Virus record (IMG/VR): IMGVR_UViG_3300017978_000288
Coordinates: 1-35,921 of that record
DNA: 35,921 bases
Reading direction: 5' to 3' (one strand)
Source: a virus
The notes below the pieces were generated by a model that saw only the letters and a list, made by a program, of their open reading frames with translations, did no database searches and was not told where the DNA came from. The translations under genes and the position numbers were made by a program. Of the stretch, positions 10,030 through 19,074 are shown in pieces. The first letter of the stretch is position 1, and the number at the start of each line of letters is the position of its first letter.

Positions 10030-10473
10030 TTAATTTAATTGATTTAACAATTGACTGAAAATTATACTTTGTTCAACTTGCCATCCTGTTGGCAATTGTA
10101 ATATTACTGAATTTGTTTGATATTCGCAATTAATGATTTGCCAACCAGTTAAATATTGGCTAAACCCATAAGTGCTATTAGATGTGATTATTCGAGCGAT
10201 AATTAAGTTGGAAATATCATTAACTTGTTTCTTTCCACCTTCGCTTGAATCATACCTCTGAATTACATTAATCTCAATAGTAGAATCTCTTTGGAATGTA
10301 TCCTTGCTTCTTTCTCCTCTTGAAATTTGATTCCCTAAAACAATAACAGGATATACTGAGCCTTCTGGAACAATCTCATCATAAACACCAACTGCCTGGT
10401 TATTATAAGTTATTCCACTTAATGCTTGAAAATAAGCCTTCCGTAAATCAAATGCACTATCCTTATTTATCAT
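10030..10473 (-). CDS. Tail completion / tail terminator-like protein
   Basis: 147 aa, between the gp10-like and major tail genes. YDEIVPEGSVYPVIVLG resembles DUF3168-type tail completion proteins. Confidence 0.45.
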   Translation of the reverse strand: MINKDSAFDLRKAYFQALSGITYNNQAVGVYDEIVPEGSVYPVIVLGNQISRGERSKDTFQRDSTIEINVIQRYDSSEGGKKQVNDISNLIIARIITSNSTYGFSQYLTGWQIINCEYQTNSVILQLPTGWQVEQSIIFSQLLNQLN

Positions 10474-10901
10474 TTTAGTATATTTTTCATCATTGTACTT
10501 GTCTTTCTATTAAGACTTCTACGAGCAATGATGTAGTTATGTAAAAAGTATCTTCTTGGTCTAACTGATGGTCTTGCTATCCCACTTCTTTTAAACTTTA
10601 AAGCAAAATCTCCAAACTCTGTATATTCTGCATTTAACCTAAACCTCTTGCCTGTACCAAATTCCTGGAATGGTGAATAGCCTACTCTAAAACCAATCTT
10701 AACAATAGGGTTTCTTGTTGTTCCCTCATTGTTTCTATATTGGCTTTGCTTCAAAGCACCTGTATCAACAGGAGCATCAGACCTTGACCTCATTTCAATA
10801 AAATCAGCCTCTTTAAGGACATTCTGTGCAACTTGATTATTAAGTCTATCTTTTGCCCTTTCAATTCTGTTTTGAAGGACTTTAAGCCCAGCGAATGTCA
10901 T
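10470..10901 (-). CDS. HK97 gp10-like head-tail joining protein
   Basis: SDAPVDTGALKQS matches the P.DTG.L motif of the family. The ORF-track start at 10961 would overlap the upstream gene by 59 nt. The internal ATG at 10901 sits 1 nt after the upstream stop, so it is preferred. Confidence 0.6.
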   Translation of the reverse strand: MTFAGLKVLQNRIERAKDRLNNQVAQNVLKEADFIEMRSRSDAPVDTGALKQSQYRNNEGTTRNPIVKIGFRVGYSPFQEFGTGKRFRLNAEYTEFGDFALKFKRSGIARPSVRPRRYFLHNYIIARRSLNRKTSTMMKNILK

Positions 10902-10902
10902 T

Positions 10903-11253
10903 TTAATCACTTCTCTTTGTTGCTTTAAAGGTAAGTTTAGTCTTAGTGAAATCTGGGTCAATAATATTACTTAAAGCATACTCAACTCCATTAACTTCTA
11001 AAATGTCAGTTGTTATTGGAATAAAAGAAGAACGATACCTCATTTCTCCTTCAAAAGATTGATTAACTCCAAACTTGGAACTCTCAATGTTTCTGATGCC
11101 TCCGTAGTTACCATAAAACGAACTTGTTTCTGCAAAGTATATACTCGTAGTATAACTTGAATAAGTTACACCCGATAATCCACCTGCACCATCAGATGTT
11201 GCTGATAGCTTTCGTTTAAATGTTCCCTTTAATCTATTAAGTTTGTTATACAT
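10903..11253 (-). CDS. Head closure protein candidate
   Basis: 116 aa, between the connector and gp10-like genes. Function assigned mainly from position. Confidence 0.45.
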   Translation of the reverse strand: MYNKLNRLKGTFKRKLSATSDGAGGLSGVTYSSYTTSIYFAETSSFYGNYGGIRNIESSKFGVNQSFEGEMRYRSSFIPITTDILEVNGVEYALSNIIDPDFTKTKLTFKATKRSD

Positions 11254-11782
11254 AAACAGGGCGATAATGTCTTATTCTATCCTTAATTGCTTTTAATGCT
11301 AATCTCTTATCCTCTACCTTGTTATCAAAATCTACTGCAATAATATCAAGAATTGCATTTTCAATATCTTTTGGCAATGAAGTAAATCCAGCTATGTAAG
11401 TTATTTTAATACCTCCACCATTATACGCACTAAGCTTTGTCTTTTCTCCACTTAAAGAATAGTCTTTATCAAAGACAAGTGCAGTACCATCAAAATCAGT
11501 TACCGAAGTAATTGATTGAATAGGTGCATAAGGTAATAAAACTGTACCATTGATTTGAGTATAAGATAGTCTTACTGTTTTGGTTTTTAAGCCACATTCA
11601 ATAAACAATTCAACTTCACGAAAAGCACTTGCAAGTAGAGCAGTAAGCTTGTCATCTTCATCATTAAAATCAATGTTCAAATGCTCCTTAACTACTGATA
11701 AAGTTATAGGAATAGGTAGTGAATCTGATGTTACCACCAAATCCATACCTTGTGTCTTAACTACTTCTAATTCAAAAGCCAT
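11246..11782 (-). CDS. gp6-like head-tail connector protein
   Basis: LSVVKEHLNIDFNDEDDKLTALLASAFREVELF resembles the N-terminal signature of gp6-type connector proteins. Confidence 0.6.
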   Translation of the reverse strand: MAFELEVVKTQGMDLVVTSDSLPIPITLSVVKEHLNIDFNDEDDKLTALLASAFREVELFIECGLKTKTVRLSYTQINGTVLLPYAPIQSITSVTDFDGTALVFDKDYSLSGEKTKLSAYNGGGIKITYIAGFTSLPKDIENAILDIIAVDFDNKVEDKRLALKAIKDRIRHYRPVYV

Positions 11783-11979
11783 TATTTCTTTTTATAAAGT
11801 GGTTTATCTGCCTTATCTTTCTCAGCCTTGATAGTTACATCTTTTTCAAGAATAACTGCAAGCTTCTTACCATTAAGCACATCTGCACGAGCATCTGTAC
11901 ACTCAAAAATATCACCTGCATTACGCAAAGAGTTAGTTTCTAAGTCATGGAAAATTGTTAATACTTGTACCTTTGCCAT
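11782..11979 (-). CDS. Hypothetical small head-module protein
   Basis: 65-aa ORF. Its stop overlaps the next start (TAATG). It is the first gene after the capsid terminator. Confidence 0.6.
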   Translation of the reverse strand: MAKVQVLTIFHDLETNSLRNAGDIFECTDARADVLNGKKLAVILEKDVTIKAEKDKADKPLYKKK

Positions 11980-11997
11980 TTTAAATAATTTTAGTTT

Positions 11998-12035
11998 TAA
12001 AAAATAAGCCTACTGTTCTTATGGGAAGTAGGCTT
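11998..12035 (-). terminator. Rho-independent terminator after the major capsid gene
   Basis: 9-bp stem AAGCCTACT / AGTAGGCTT (12006-12014 and 12027-12035), 12-nt loop, then ATTTTTTT on the minus strand. Confidence 0.8.
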
Positions 12036-12070
12036 ACATAATTAACAAAAAACAAACAAAAAAAGATAAA

Positions 12071-13255
12071 TTATGCTACCACAAATACACCTTTTCTCAT
12101 TGCAGAACCAAAGTAGATTGGTAAAGCAACTGATTCCTCTACACGAACAGTAACTAAGTTCTTAGTAAAGTTATCTCCATCTTCGTAAGCAAACTCAGTA
12201 TTGATGTTATTTTCGAATAACAATTCAGCACCTTTTGATAAGTCAGCTACCATGAATGAATTTGCAGGGATAATGTCAGTAGCAATTACTGGCACACCAG
12301 CAACTGATAAGTTACCACTTGCAATTAAAGCAGGGAATGAATAACCAGCACCTGATTCCTTGTTAATCAACAATTCCATTTGGTCAATTGGATTAACCAA
12401 GATTGCATTTGGAGCAAAACGAGCAGCACGCAATTGAGCAACTGCATTAGCCAACTTATCCCAACGGTTAGAACCTGCTACTACTGAACCTGATGGTACA
12501 TAAGCAGTTGCATTCTCCCATAAACCTGAGAAATCAGAAGTTCCAGCAATGTCCATCAATTGGTCATCTTCGAAGTTTTGCAAGTCTTGTACCATTTGAG
12601 TAGATACAAAGTTTTGCAACCAAGTCAAACGAGATAACATTTGCTTAGAAATCTTAGAGAAAACTGCAATTGTCTTTGGAGTTACTTCGCTGATTGTGAA
12701 ATCGTAATCAATCTGTGCCTTAGAAGAACCTTCTGTTTGAATACCAACTCCACCTTCTCCACCACTCTTCTTAGCAAACTTGAATACACCATTCTGCTCA
12801 ATTACAGAAGTACGCATCAAATCTCTCAAATGTATTGTACGGAAAGGGTCAGTTAAGATAGTGTTTGATAAACCAGCAATCTTAGAAGCCCAATCAGAAC
12901 CGATGCTAGTTGGCAAAGTCATTGTACCAACTGCCTTAGTGTTCAAAGAAAAACCACCCTTAGAAACTCTTTCTAATGATTTGAATTGGTTAGCATTCTC
13001 ATTGAATACTCTTTGCAAATCAGATTCATTAACTGTCTCTACATTTTTAGCACGAAGGTCTAAGATAGTATCAGATAAACCTTTTTCAACCAATCCTAAT
13101 TTCTCTTCTAATGAGGCATATTTCTCACCTGCATTTTTTACTTCGTTAGTCAAATCATCGATGTTTAAACCTTCGATTTCACGACTAACACCTTTTTGAA
13201 TCATCTCGTTAAGGTCGCCTTTTACTTCCTCAACTAATTTTTTAATATCCTCCAT
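12071..13255 (-). CDS. Major capsid protein (HK97-fold type)
   Basis: 394 aa with a coiled-coil N-terminal delta-like region. Directly follows the prohead protease with overlapping stop/start, and is followed by a strong terminator. Confidence 0.85.
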   Translation of the reverse strand: MEDIKKLVEEVKGDLNEMIQKGVSREIEGLNIDDLTNEVKNAGEKYASLEEKLGLVEKGLSDTILDLRAKNVETVNESDLQRVFNENANQFKSLERVSKGGFSLNTKAVGTMTLPTSIGSDWASKIAGLSNTILTDPFRTIHLRDLMRTSVIEQNGVFKFAKKSGGEGGVGIQTEGSSKAQIDYDFTISEVTPKTIAVFSKISKQMLSRLTWLQNFVSTQMVQDLQNFEDDQLMDIAGTSDFSGLWENATAYVPSGSVVAGSNRWDKLANAVAQLRAARFAPNAILVNPIDQMELLINKESGAGYSFPALIASGNLSVAGVPVIATDIIPANSFMVADLSKGAELLFENNINTEFAYEDGDNFTKNLVTVRVEESVALPIYFGSAMRKGVFVVA

Positions 13256-13989
13256 TATTTAAACGAGTTTTTTAATTGTTGTAAAAATTCTAATTGTTGT
13301 TTTTGGATTAATTCTTCTGGATTAACAATTTCGGGAGTGGTAATAATTTCCGACTTCTCTCTACCGTTAATTAGTTTGAATATTTCCGACTTGATAAAGT
13401 TATACTCAATTTCTAACAATTCATAGGATTCATCTTTTAAATTTCCTTTACGCAACATTTTGTAAAGTTTTTCAAATCTATCAGATAAATCTTTTGCATC
13501 TAATGATTTCAACCCCAAAAATGGAGTATCAGGATTAGCTGCCCATAGAACAGAAGAAAACTCATATAATTTAACTTCTTGAATCTCATAATAAGGATTC
13601 TTATTTTTTGGCTCTACTTTTTCTTCCTTAATAGTTGAGAAACCAATTGAATGCTGATTAATTAAACCTTCTTCATAAAGTTTAAGTATATCTTCACCAA
13701 TTTCAGTATCAACAATTTTAGCTTCAAAGTAAAGACCAAAAGAATCCTCCTTTAAGACTTGTGGCTTTCCAAGTGGCTTAGAAGAATCATGGTCATGTAA
13801 AAACCAAATCTCATTCTTTCCATTTACACCTCTTTCTTTAATGGTTTTAGAAAATGCACCTGGCATAATCATATCACCATGTAAATCAACATTACCAAAC
13901 TTAGCAGCATAACCAGTAACGATTCGCTTTTCTATGTCTAAGTCAGTAATTTCTCCATCAGACTTTATTTTATAATCTCTCATATACAA
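13255..13989 (-). CDS. Prohead serine protease (HK97 family)
   Basis: GYAAKFGNVDLHGDMIMPGAF and LHDHD..KPLGK motifs. Helical C-terminal tail. Confidence 0.8.
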   Translation of the reverse strand: MYMRDYKIKSDGEITDLDIEKRIVTGYAAKFGNVDLHGDMIMPGAFSKTIKERGVNGKNEIWFLHDHDSSKPLGKPQVLKEDSFGLYFEAKIVDTEIGEDILKLYEEGLINQHSIGFSTIKEEKVEPKNKNPYYEIQEVKLYEFSSVLWAANPDTPFLGLKSLDAKDLSDRFEKLYKMLRKGNLKDESYELLEIEYNFIKSEIFKLINGREKSEIITTPEIVNPEELIQKQQLEFLQQLKNSFK

Positions 13990-14030
13990 TTCAATATTCG
14001 CAAATATAACAAAAATTAATTATTACCAAA

Positions 14031-14762
14031 CTATATAAATATTAGCCCACATCTACAATTAACCAATTCGGATGCAGGTGCACTATTGTCCCCTGGGGCA
14101 TTCATAGGGAATCCACCAACTATAAACTTTTCAGAAATTCCAATAGCAGGAGTGCTAGCCATAGCATTATGTGATGCTCTCTCCTTTCCATCTAATGTAA
14201 CTATCCACTTTTTCTTAATTTCTCTTTTCTCTAATTTAGCCCATTCTAAACTAGCAAGATTCATTATTTTAGTTATTTCTGTTCTTGCAATAGTTTGGGC
14301 TCTAATAACATTCTTTTGAGTAAGGTACAAAGCAAGCAAAGTTATGATAGCACTTGTTGGAATACCTTGGCTAAACTTATCTTCTACAAATCGCCTTATA
14401 TCGTTTTTAATTGTTCGAATGATACCAAGTACCACAAGGAACTCTGTTATGTTGTTAAATAGCAAAAGAATGAGCAAATACCAGGTGTTATTAAATTCAT
14501 CCTCTTCTGCTTTTTTTAATGATTGATTTAAAAACTCATTCTGCTTTCTTCCAAACTTTAAATAAGCATCTTTTAGAATCTCTAACATCCACCTATCGCT
14601 GAAATGCGAAGTAATGTGAAATGTATTTGGGTTTCTACCTTCTAGGCTTATAATGTAAGCTTTTGTTTCAACATTTAACTTTGTTTGCAGATAAGCATAA
14701 AAACCCCTTTCATTCATGTCATGCCTTCTTCTCCATGCTCGAATGTATTGCTCTTCTTTCAT
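14031..14762 (-). CDS. Minor head protein, Mu F / SPP1 gp7 family
   Basis: C-terminal WIVTLDGKERASHNAM...APGDNSAPASELVNCRCGL matches the family signature (D.R.R..H...PG....CRC). Confidence 0.8.
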   Translation of the reverse strand: MKEEQYIRAWRRRHDMNERGFYAYLQTKLNVETKAYIISLEGRNPNTFHITSHFSDRWMLEILKDAYLKFGRKQNEFLNQSLKKAEEDEFNNTWYLLILLLFNNITEFLVVLGIIRTIKNDIRRFVEDKFSQGIPTSAIITLLALYLTQKNVIRAQTIARTEITKIMNLASLEWAKLEKREIKKKWIVTLDGKERASHNAMASTPAIGISEKFIVGGFPMNAPGDNSAPASELVNCRCGLIFI

Positions 14763-14896
14763 CGCTTGTTTTTAAATATGCGTTCAACTTTTTTGCGTTC
14801 AATTCTTTTATGCTCAGGCTCATAAGTAAATAAGAACCCAAGCAAGAAAGAACCGACTGCACAAACAATAGTGATTGTTAGTGTGATGTTATCCAT
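14759..14896 (-). CDS. Unannotated 45-aa single-pass membrane micro-ORF between portal and MuF-like genes
   Basis: Hand translation: MDNITLTITIVCAVGSFLLGFLFTYEPEHKRIERKKVERIFKNKR. The ATG is 1 nt after the portal stop, and its TGA overlaps the next ATG (ATGA). It fills an otherwise empty 135-nt gap. Confidence 0.45.
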   Translation of the reverse strand: MDNITLTITIVCAVGSFLLGFLFTYEPEHKRIERKKVERIFKNKR

Positions 14897-14897
14897 A

Positions 14898-16271
14898 TTA
14901 ATCTTCATCTATAATTGGAGAACCAATAATAGTAGGGTCAATATTTAAACTACCAATTGGCACTTGGTTTGAACGAATATAAACACTTTGCATAATAGGG
15001 TCGTTAGTTGGCTCAAAGTCCATAAATACCCTTTTCTCATCTTGTGTAAGCACACCATCAAGTTTTTCAAGAATTGAGGCAGCATCTAAGAAGTTTTGCT
15101 TCATCTCTGGGTAAGCATCAACATCAAAACGCAAAATGTATTGAGCAGGGTTAATGTTCATTGTAGGAGATAACCAAGCAAGCATTTTCTCTAACACCTT
15201 AGATTGCAAAGGTATAACGCAGTTAATAATCATTCTACGAATAAAGTGTGCTAAGTTGCTTTCTGTTAAGTTATCAGAATTTAAAAGCACATAAGGGTAA
15301 TGCCATAAGCGACAAAGTTGCTCAGTAGATAACTTACTCATTTGGCGAAGGTCTAAGTCAATATTGCTTGTAGAAAGCTTTAAGTAACCCATCTTTGTAT
15401 TTGAGAAAGCAATACGACCCTGATTTGCAGAATTATAAATCTTATCATAAACTCTGTCTTGTAAGTCTTGATAACCAGTACCACTAATATCCTGAACATT
15501 AGGGTCATCTGTATAAAGCATTCCTACTGCACCACGAGTTTCGTAATTTTCAATAGCTACCTCTTCTCCTGAGTTTGCTTTTTGTAATACATTAGAGCCA
15601 GCTTGCAAAGGAGAGAATCCACGAGGGATGCTAGTAAAGTTTGTTTCGTTAGGATTAAAAGAACGGAAAGACAAGAAATACTTAGGCTCAATGTTTTTAA
15701 CATTTAAAGAAAAAATATTATACCCAACAATAGTACGAAAGCCATCAGTTACAATTTGGTAGTCATTTGCTGCAATAACATGTAGCCTTGCAATCTTACC
15801 TTTTTTAATTGGGTCCTCTTCTGCATAGATACCAACATCACCTAAAAGCAAATACCAAGAGAATATTGATTCAAAAAACTCCTTTGTAGTTTGATAGCTA
15901 TTAGGTTGTCTAAGCAATTGCAAAATTGGATGCTCTTCTAACTCCTTTAAGTTATTTTTCTTAATTGTATTAGCTTCCATGATACTTCTATCATTTGGTC
16001 GCATAAGCAAAGACTTATATCTTTCAGCCTTCTTAATATCAACTTTACTAGATTGGTAAAGTTCAATTGGCACTTCTACTGCACGAGATGCAATATCACT
16101 AATAATGGCATAAACATCCACATTCTTTTCATAACCATTGAGTATCGCATTACGATAATCAGCATTGTACAAAGAATAGGTTTGCCCACTTAAAAAAAAT
16201 TGTTGTTGCTTGCCAGTTTGACTAGCTACATTAATGGCTTTTTTGCCAGTAAAAAAATCAAGTAATCCCAT
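14898..16271 (-). CDS. Portal protein
   Basis: 457 aa, between terL and the MuF-like gene. Called from size and position. Confidence 0.8.
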   Translation of the reverse strand: MGLLDFFTGKKAINVASQTGKQQQFFLSGQTYSLYNADYRNAILNGYEKNVDVYAIISDIASRAVEVPIELYQSSKVDIKKAERYKSLLMRPNDRSIMEANTIKKNNLKELEEHPILQLLRQPNSYQTTKEFFESIFSWYLLLGDVGIYAEEDPIKKGKIARLHVIAANDYQIVTDGFRTIVGYNIFSLNVKNIEPKYFLSFRSFNPNETNFTSIPRGFSPLQAGSNVLQKANSGEEVAIENYETRGAVGMLYTDDPNVQDISGTGYQDLQDRVYDKIYNSANQGRIAFSNTKMGYLKLSTSNIDLDLRQMSKLSTEQLCRLWHYPYVLLNSDNLTESNLAHFIRRMIINCVIPLQSKVLEKMLAWLSPTMNINPAQYILRFDVDAYPEMKQNFLDAASILEKLDGVLTQDEKRVFMDFEPTNDPIMQSVYIRSNQVPIGSLNIDPTIIGSPIIDED

Positions 16272-16274
16272 TGT

Positions 16275-17657
16275 TTAAAAAATTAAGAGTTTCTTTTTAG
16301 AATACTTCGTATAAATCGCATACCTAATAGCATCAAGTGCGTGATTAAAATCATCTATGGGTTTATTGATTGGTTTCCCACCAACAGTAAGCCATTGATA
16401 ATTATCCACTTCTTTCTTGATATTCTTTGACCTGCGAGTATAATACACCTCATACTCACGCAATTTACTAATACCAGCATTAACTGAATCGTTCCCTTTT
16501 ACTGCTTTAAGAACTTTGACCCCTGCTCTGCGTAATTCCTCAATTGATTTAGGGTCTGCACTATCTGCATAAATTTCCCCATATTTATCTGGGTACATTT
16601 CAATCCTTTTCACCAAATCAGAATTAGTTAATCCTTTATCGTAAATTACTTCGTCAAGGTACAACTTATTAGCAATTTTCGCAATTCTTACTAATGCAGT
16701 AGGGTCATTAGAAAATCCAAAGTCAAGACCACTAAATATAACCTCAGCATCTTTTGGAAAGAACTCACACACTTGCCAATCATGATAAATTAAGGATTCA
16801 CTACTTGGCTTAGGGTTTTGCTGATAAAGTGATTCAAAAGTAAAAGGCTCATTCTTTTTTACCTTTAAAAGTTTCTCAGCACTATGTTTAGCCTCCCATA
16901 AAGCTTCTCCTTCTTTTCTTGTGTCATAACCATTCTCTGCTCTTTCACGAATAGCAGGAAACTCAATAATTGTCCAATCATCATCTCTCTCTAAAAGCCT
17001 TCCTGCTAGGTCATCATCATACCACCTGGTTTGAATAATAATTTGTGCAGAATCGTTATGTAAGCGAGTTTCGAACACATCGGTGTACCAATTCCACAAT
17101 TGCTCCTTTATAATGTTAGATTGAGCCTCTTGTCGGTCTTTTAAGGGGTCATCTATAATACCTAAGTCCACGGCAGTTCCTGTTAGTGAACCTCCACGAC
17201 CAACTGCTTTTATATAACCACCTGAACCAACTACTTGAAAAAACTCAGCAGTTCTGATAGCTTCACCTTTTCTTTCACTAATCCTAGTATCAGGAAACAA
17301 TATCTTATACTCATCACTCGTAATCCTTCTTTGTATCTCACTACTGAATTGTTCTGCTAAGGTTGCGTTATAAGAAGCAAGAGCAATCTTTAAATTAGGC
17401 TTTTTACCCAAAGCATAAGTAGGAAAGCTACGAGTAGATAATTCAGACTTCCCGTGCTGAGGAGGCACAAAAATCATTAACTTCTTTATCTCTCCATTAA
17501 GAACCTTATCTAAATGGTCTGCAATAACCTTGTGAAACCATTGCATATCATAATCAGGCTTAATGTACTTTACAAAGTTATCAAATGACCTCCTCGAAAT
17601 CTCTCTCCTCAATATCTCTCTCTCTAAGTTCTGAGAGCCGTTGTCTAATTTCTTCAT
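16275..17657 (-). CDS. terL: Terminase large subunit
   Basis: Walker A-like VPPQHGKSE, IIQTRWYDDDLAGRL ATPase coupling motif, and a C-terminal nuclease region DFGFSNDPTA...HALDAIRYA. Confidence 0.9.
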   Translation of the reverse strand: MKKLDNGSQNLEREILRREISRRSFDNFVKYIKPDYDMQWFHKVIADHLDKVLNGEIKKLMIFVPPQHGKSELSTRSFPTYALGKKPNLKIALASYNATLAEQFSSEIQRRITSDEYKILFPDTRISERKGEAIRTAEFFQVVGSGGYIKAVGRGGSLTGTAVDLGIIDDPLKDRQEAQSNIIKEQLWNWYTDVFETRLHNDSAQIIIQTRWYDDDLAGRLLERDDDWTIIEFPAIRERAENGYDTRKEGEALWEAKHSAEKLLKVKKNEPFTFESLYQQNPKPSSESLIYHDWQVCEFFPKDAEVIFSGLDFGFSNDPTALVRIAKIANKLYLDEVIYDKGLTNSDLVKRIEMYPDKYGEIYADSADPKSIEELRRAGVKVLKAVKGNDSVNAGISKLREYEVYYTRRSKNIKKEVDNYQWLTVGGKPINKPIDDFNHALDAIRYAIYTKYSKKKLLIF

Positions 17658-18063
17658 CGCTTAATTGTCTTGGGTCTATAATATCTTCTCTAACTACCTT
17701 TTCCATTTGAATAGCTTGTAATGCCTTTCCATGCTGAAACTCTAACATGAACTGAGTATTCTTCATCTCACCATTCTTAATATCACCTAAGATGGCATTA
17801 GCTACTACTGCAATAAAACCTGGGGTTTGAGAATCGTTAGCTACTCTTTTAATCTCACTAACTGTCATTGATTGAACTAAGGCAGTAACACTCATTACAT
17901 CATGTCTACTAAGCTTGACATCAAGAATATCACCTGCCTCCTCAATAACCTTTCTAATCATACTCTTTGGTCTTCCATTAGGATTACGAACCTCACCCTT
18001 TTGAACAGGCTTTAAATTCTTAATACTATTTGGATGAACCTCTCTTTTCTTTTCTTCACTCAT
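17581..18063 (-). CDS. terS: Terminase small subunit candidate
   Basis: First gene of the late arm, 160 aa, basic N-terminus with NPNGRPKS motif. Overlaps terL by 77 nt. Confidence 0.6.
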   Translation of the reverse strand: MSEEKKREVHPNSIKNLKPVQKGEVRNPNGRPKSMIRKVIEEAGDILDVKLSRHDVMSVTALVQSMTVSEIKRVANDSQTPGFIAVVANAILGDIKNGEMKNTQFMLEFQHGKALQAIQMEKVVREDIIDPRQLSDEEIRQRLSELRERDIEERDFEEVI

Positions 18064-18157
18064 AAGTGTAGTTGTTTAAGGGTTTCAAATTGGGTTTGTA
18101 TTTTTTTAAAACGAAATCATAAATCAATACTTTTTCTAAAATTGGCTAACCGAGTTT

Positions 18158-18200
18158 TCATTACACTATATATTACACTAAGAGTATACTAAGAGTATAA
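18158..18200. repeat. Left inverted arm: 2 x ATTACACTA (12-bp phased) plus 2 x AAGAGTATA(C/A)T
   Basis: The reverse complement of 18160-18190 (agtatactcttagtgtaatatatagtgtaat) recurs at 19100-19142 with a 12-nt insertion. Confidence 0.85.
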
Positions 18201-18333
18201 TAATATAATATATATGTTTTCTTATTTGTAATGAATCTAAATAACACCTAACTACTTAAAAACCAATTAGTTAAACATAAGTTAAACCCGATTTTTGACC
18301 TATTTAGACTCAATCTTAATAATGATTACTACG

Positions 18334-18363
18334 CAAACATAGCACTTCTTATTTAGATTCAAT
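18334..18363 (-). promoter_or_regulatory. Leftward Bacteroidota-type promoter-like element (ATTG-N18-TATGTTTG)
   Basis: Plus strand has CAAACATA at 18334-18341 and CAAT at 18360-18363. It lies about 270 nt upstream of the terS ATG. Called from sequence pattern only. Confidence 0.25.
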
Positions 18364-18836
18364 CTAATTTCTTTGTTTTTGCCTAATTTTTATACCCCAT
18401 GTTTACAGGTATTACCCAAATTTTCTTAGGTTTTTTTTGTTGGGTACCCAGGCTAAACCTACCTACCCCCTTTTGCTCCCACACTTTTCCAGGTGCACCC
18501 CTTTAATGCTCAAATACAACCCAAAACCACACAATCACACACTTATAAAGGTGTAAAGGTAGTTATTAAGGTATCCAGGTGGTGGGGTGGGTGGTAGTAC
18601 GGGGGTAACCCCCATAGCCTTTTCAGGGTTCACCCCTTTATCATTGGATATATAAACCTTTCTCCCTTGCATTAAACCAGGTGCACAAAGGCATAAACAA
18701 AGGGGCTTACAAAGGGGTGCACTAAGGGAAAGAAAGAAGCACCTACTAAGGGAAACAAAAGGGCTTATTAAGACTCATTCTAAATAGCTACAAAAGGTAT
18801 TTATTTAGAACAAATCCAGATAACAAAGGGCTTACT

Positions 18837-18857
18837 TATTTAGAACAAATCTAAATA
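18837..18857. repeat. Perfect 21-bp palindrome TATTTAGA-ACAAA-TCTAAATA (best copy of the TATTTAGA box family)
   Basis: Read directly from the sequence. Related boxes lie at 18301, 18350, 18779 (complement) and 18802. Confidence 0.85.
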
Positions 18858-19074
18858 GAGCCAACATTCAATTTAAGGGGTCAAATCTTTGATTTAAGAC
18901 ACTTTATATAGTTAAATGATAAATCATAAGGGAAGCACTAAGAAAGTCCAACACAAGCAAAATAGGGGGTTTATAAGGGCAAATAGGTTTATAAGTTTAT
19001 ACGGCTAAATAACCTGGATTAATACCCCTAATGATTTGAATTAACAACTACGGCAATAGGTTATTATTCTTTTT

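Noticed and set aside
11580-13199. Plus-strand ORFs 11580..11831, 12641..12856 and 12780..13199, antisense to the connector and major capsid genes
   Set aside because: All lie within strongly supported minus-strand structural genes. They show no promoter or terminator context and have Ser/Leu/Phe-rich shadow-frame composition.
14086-14526. Plus-strand ORFs 14086..14319 and 14344..14526, antisense to the MuF-like gene
   Set aside because: Shadow ORFs inside a gene that carries a clear family signature.
17581-17657. 77-nt overlap of terS and terL as a possible frameshift or fusion
   Set aside because: There is no slippery sequence in the overlap. The terL N-terminus (SFDNFVKYIKPDY) requires the upstream ATG, and such overlaps are common, so ordinary overlapping genes is the simplest reading.
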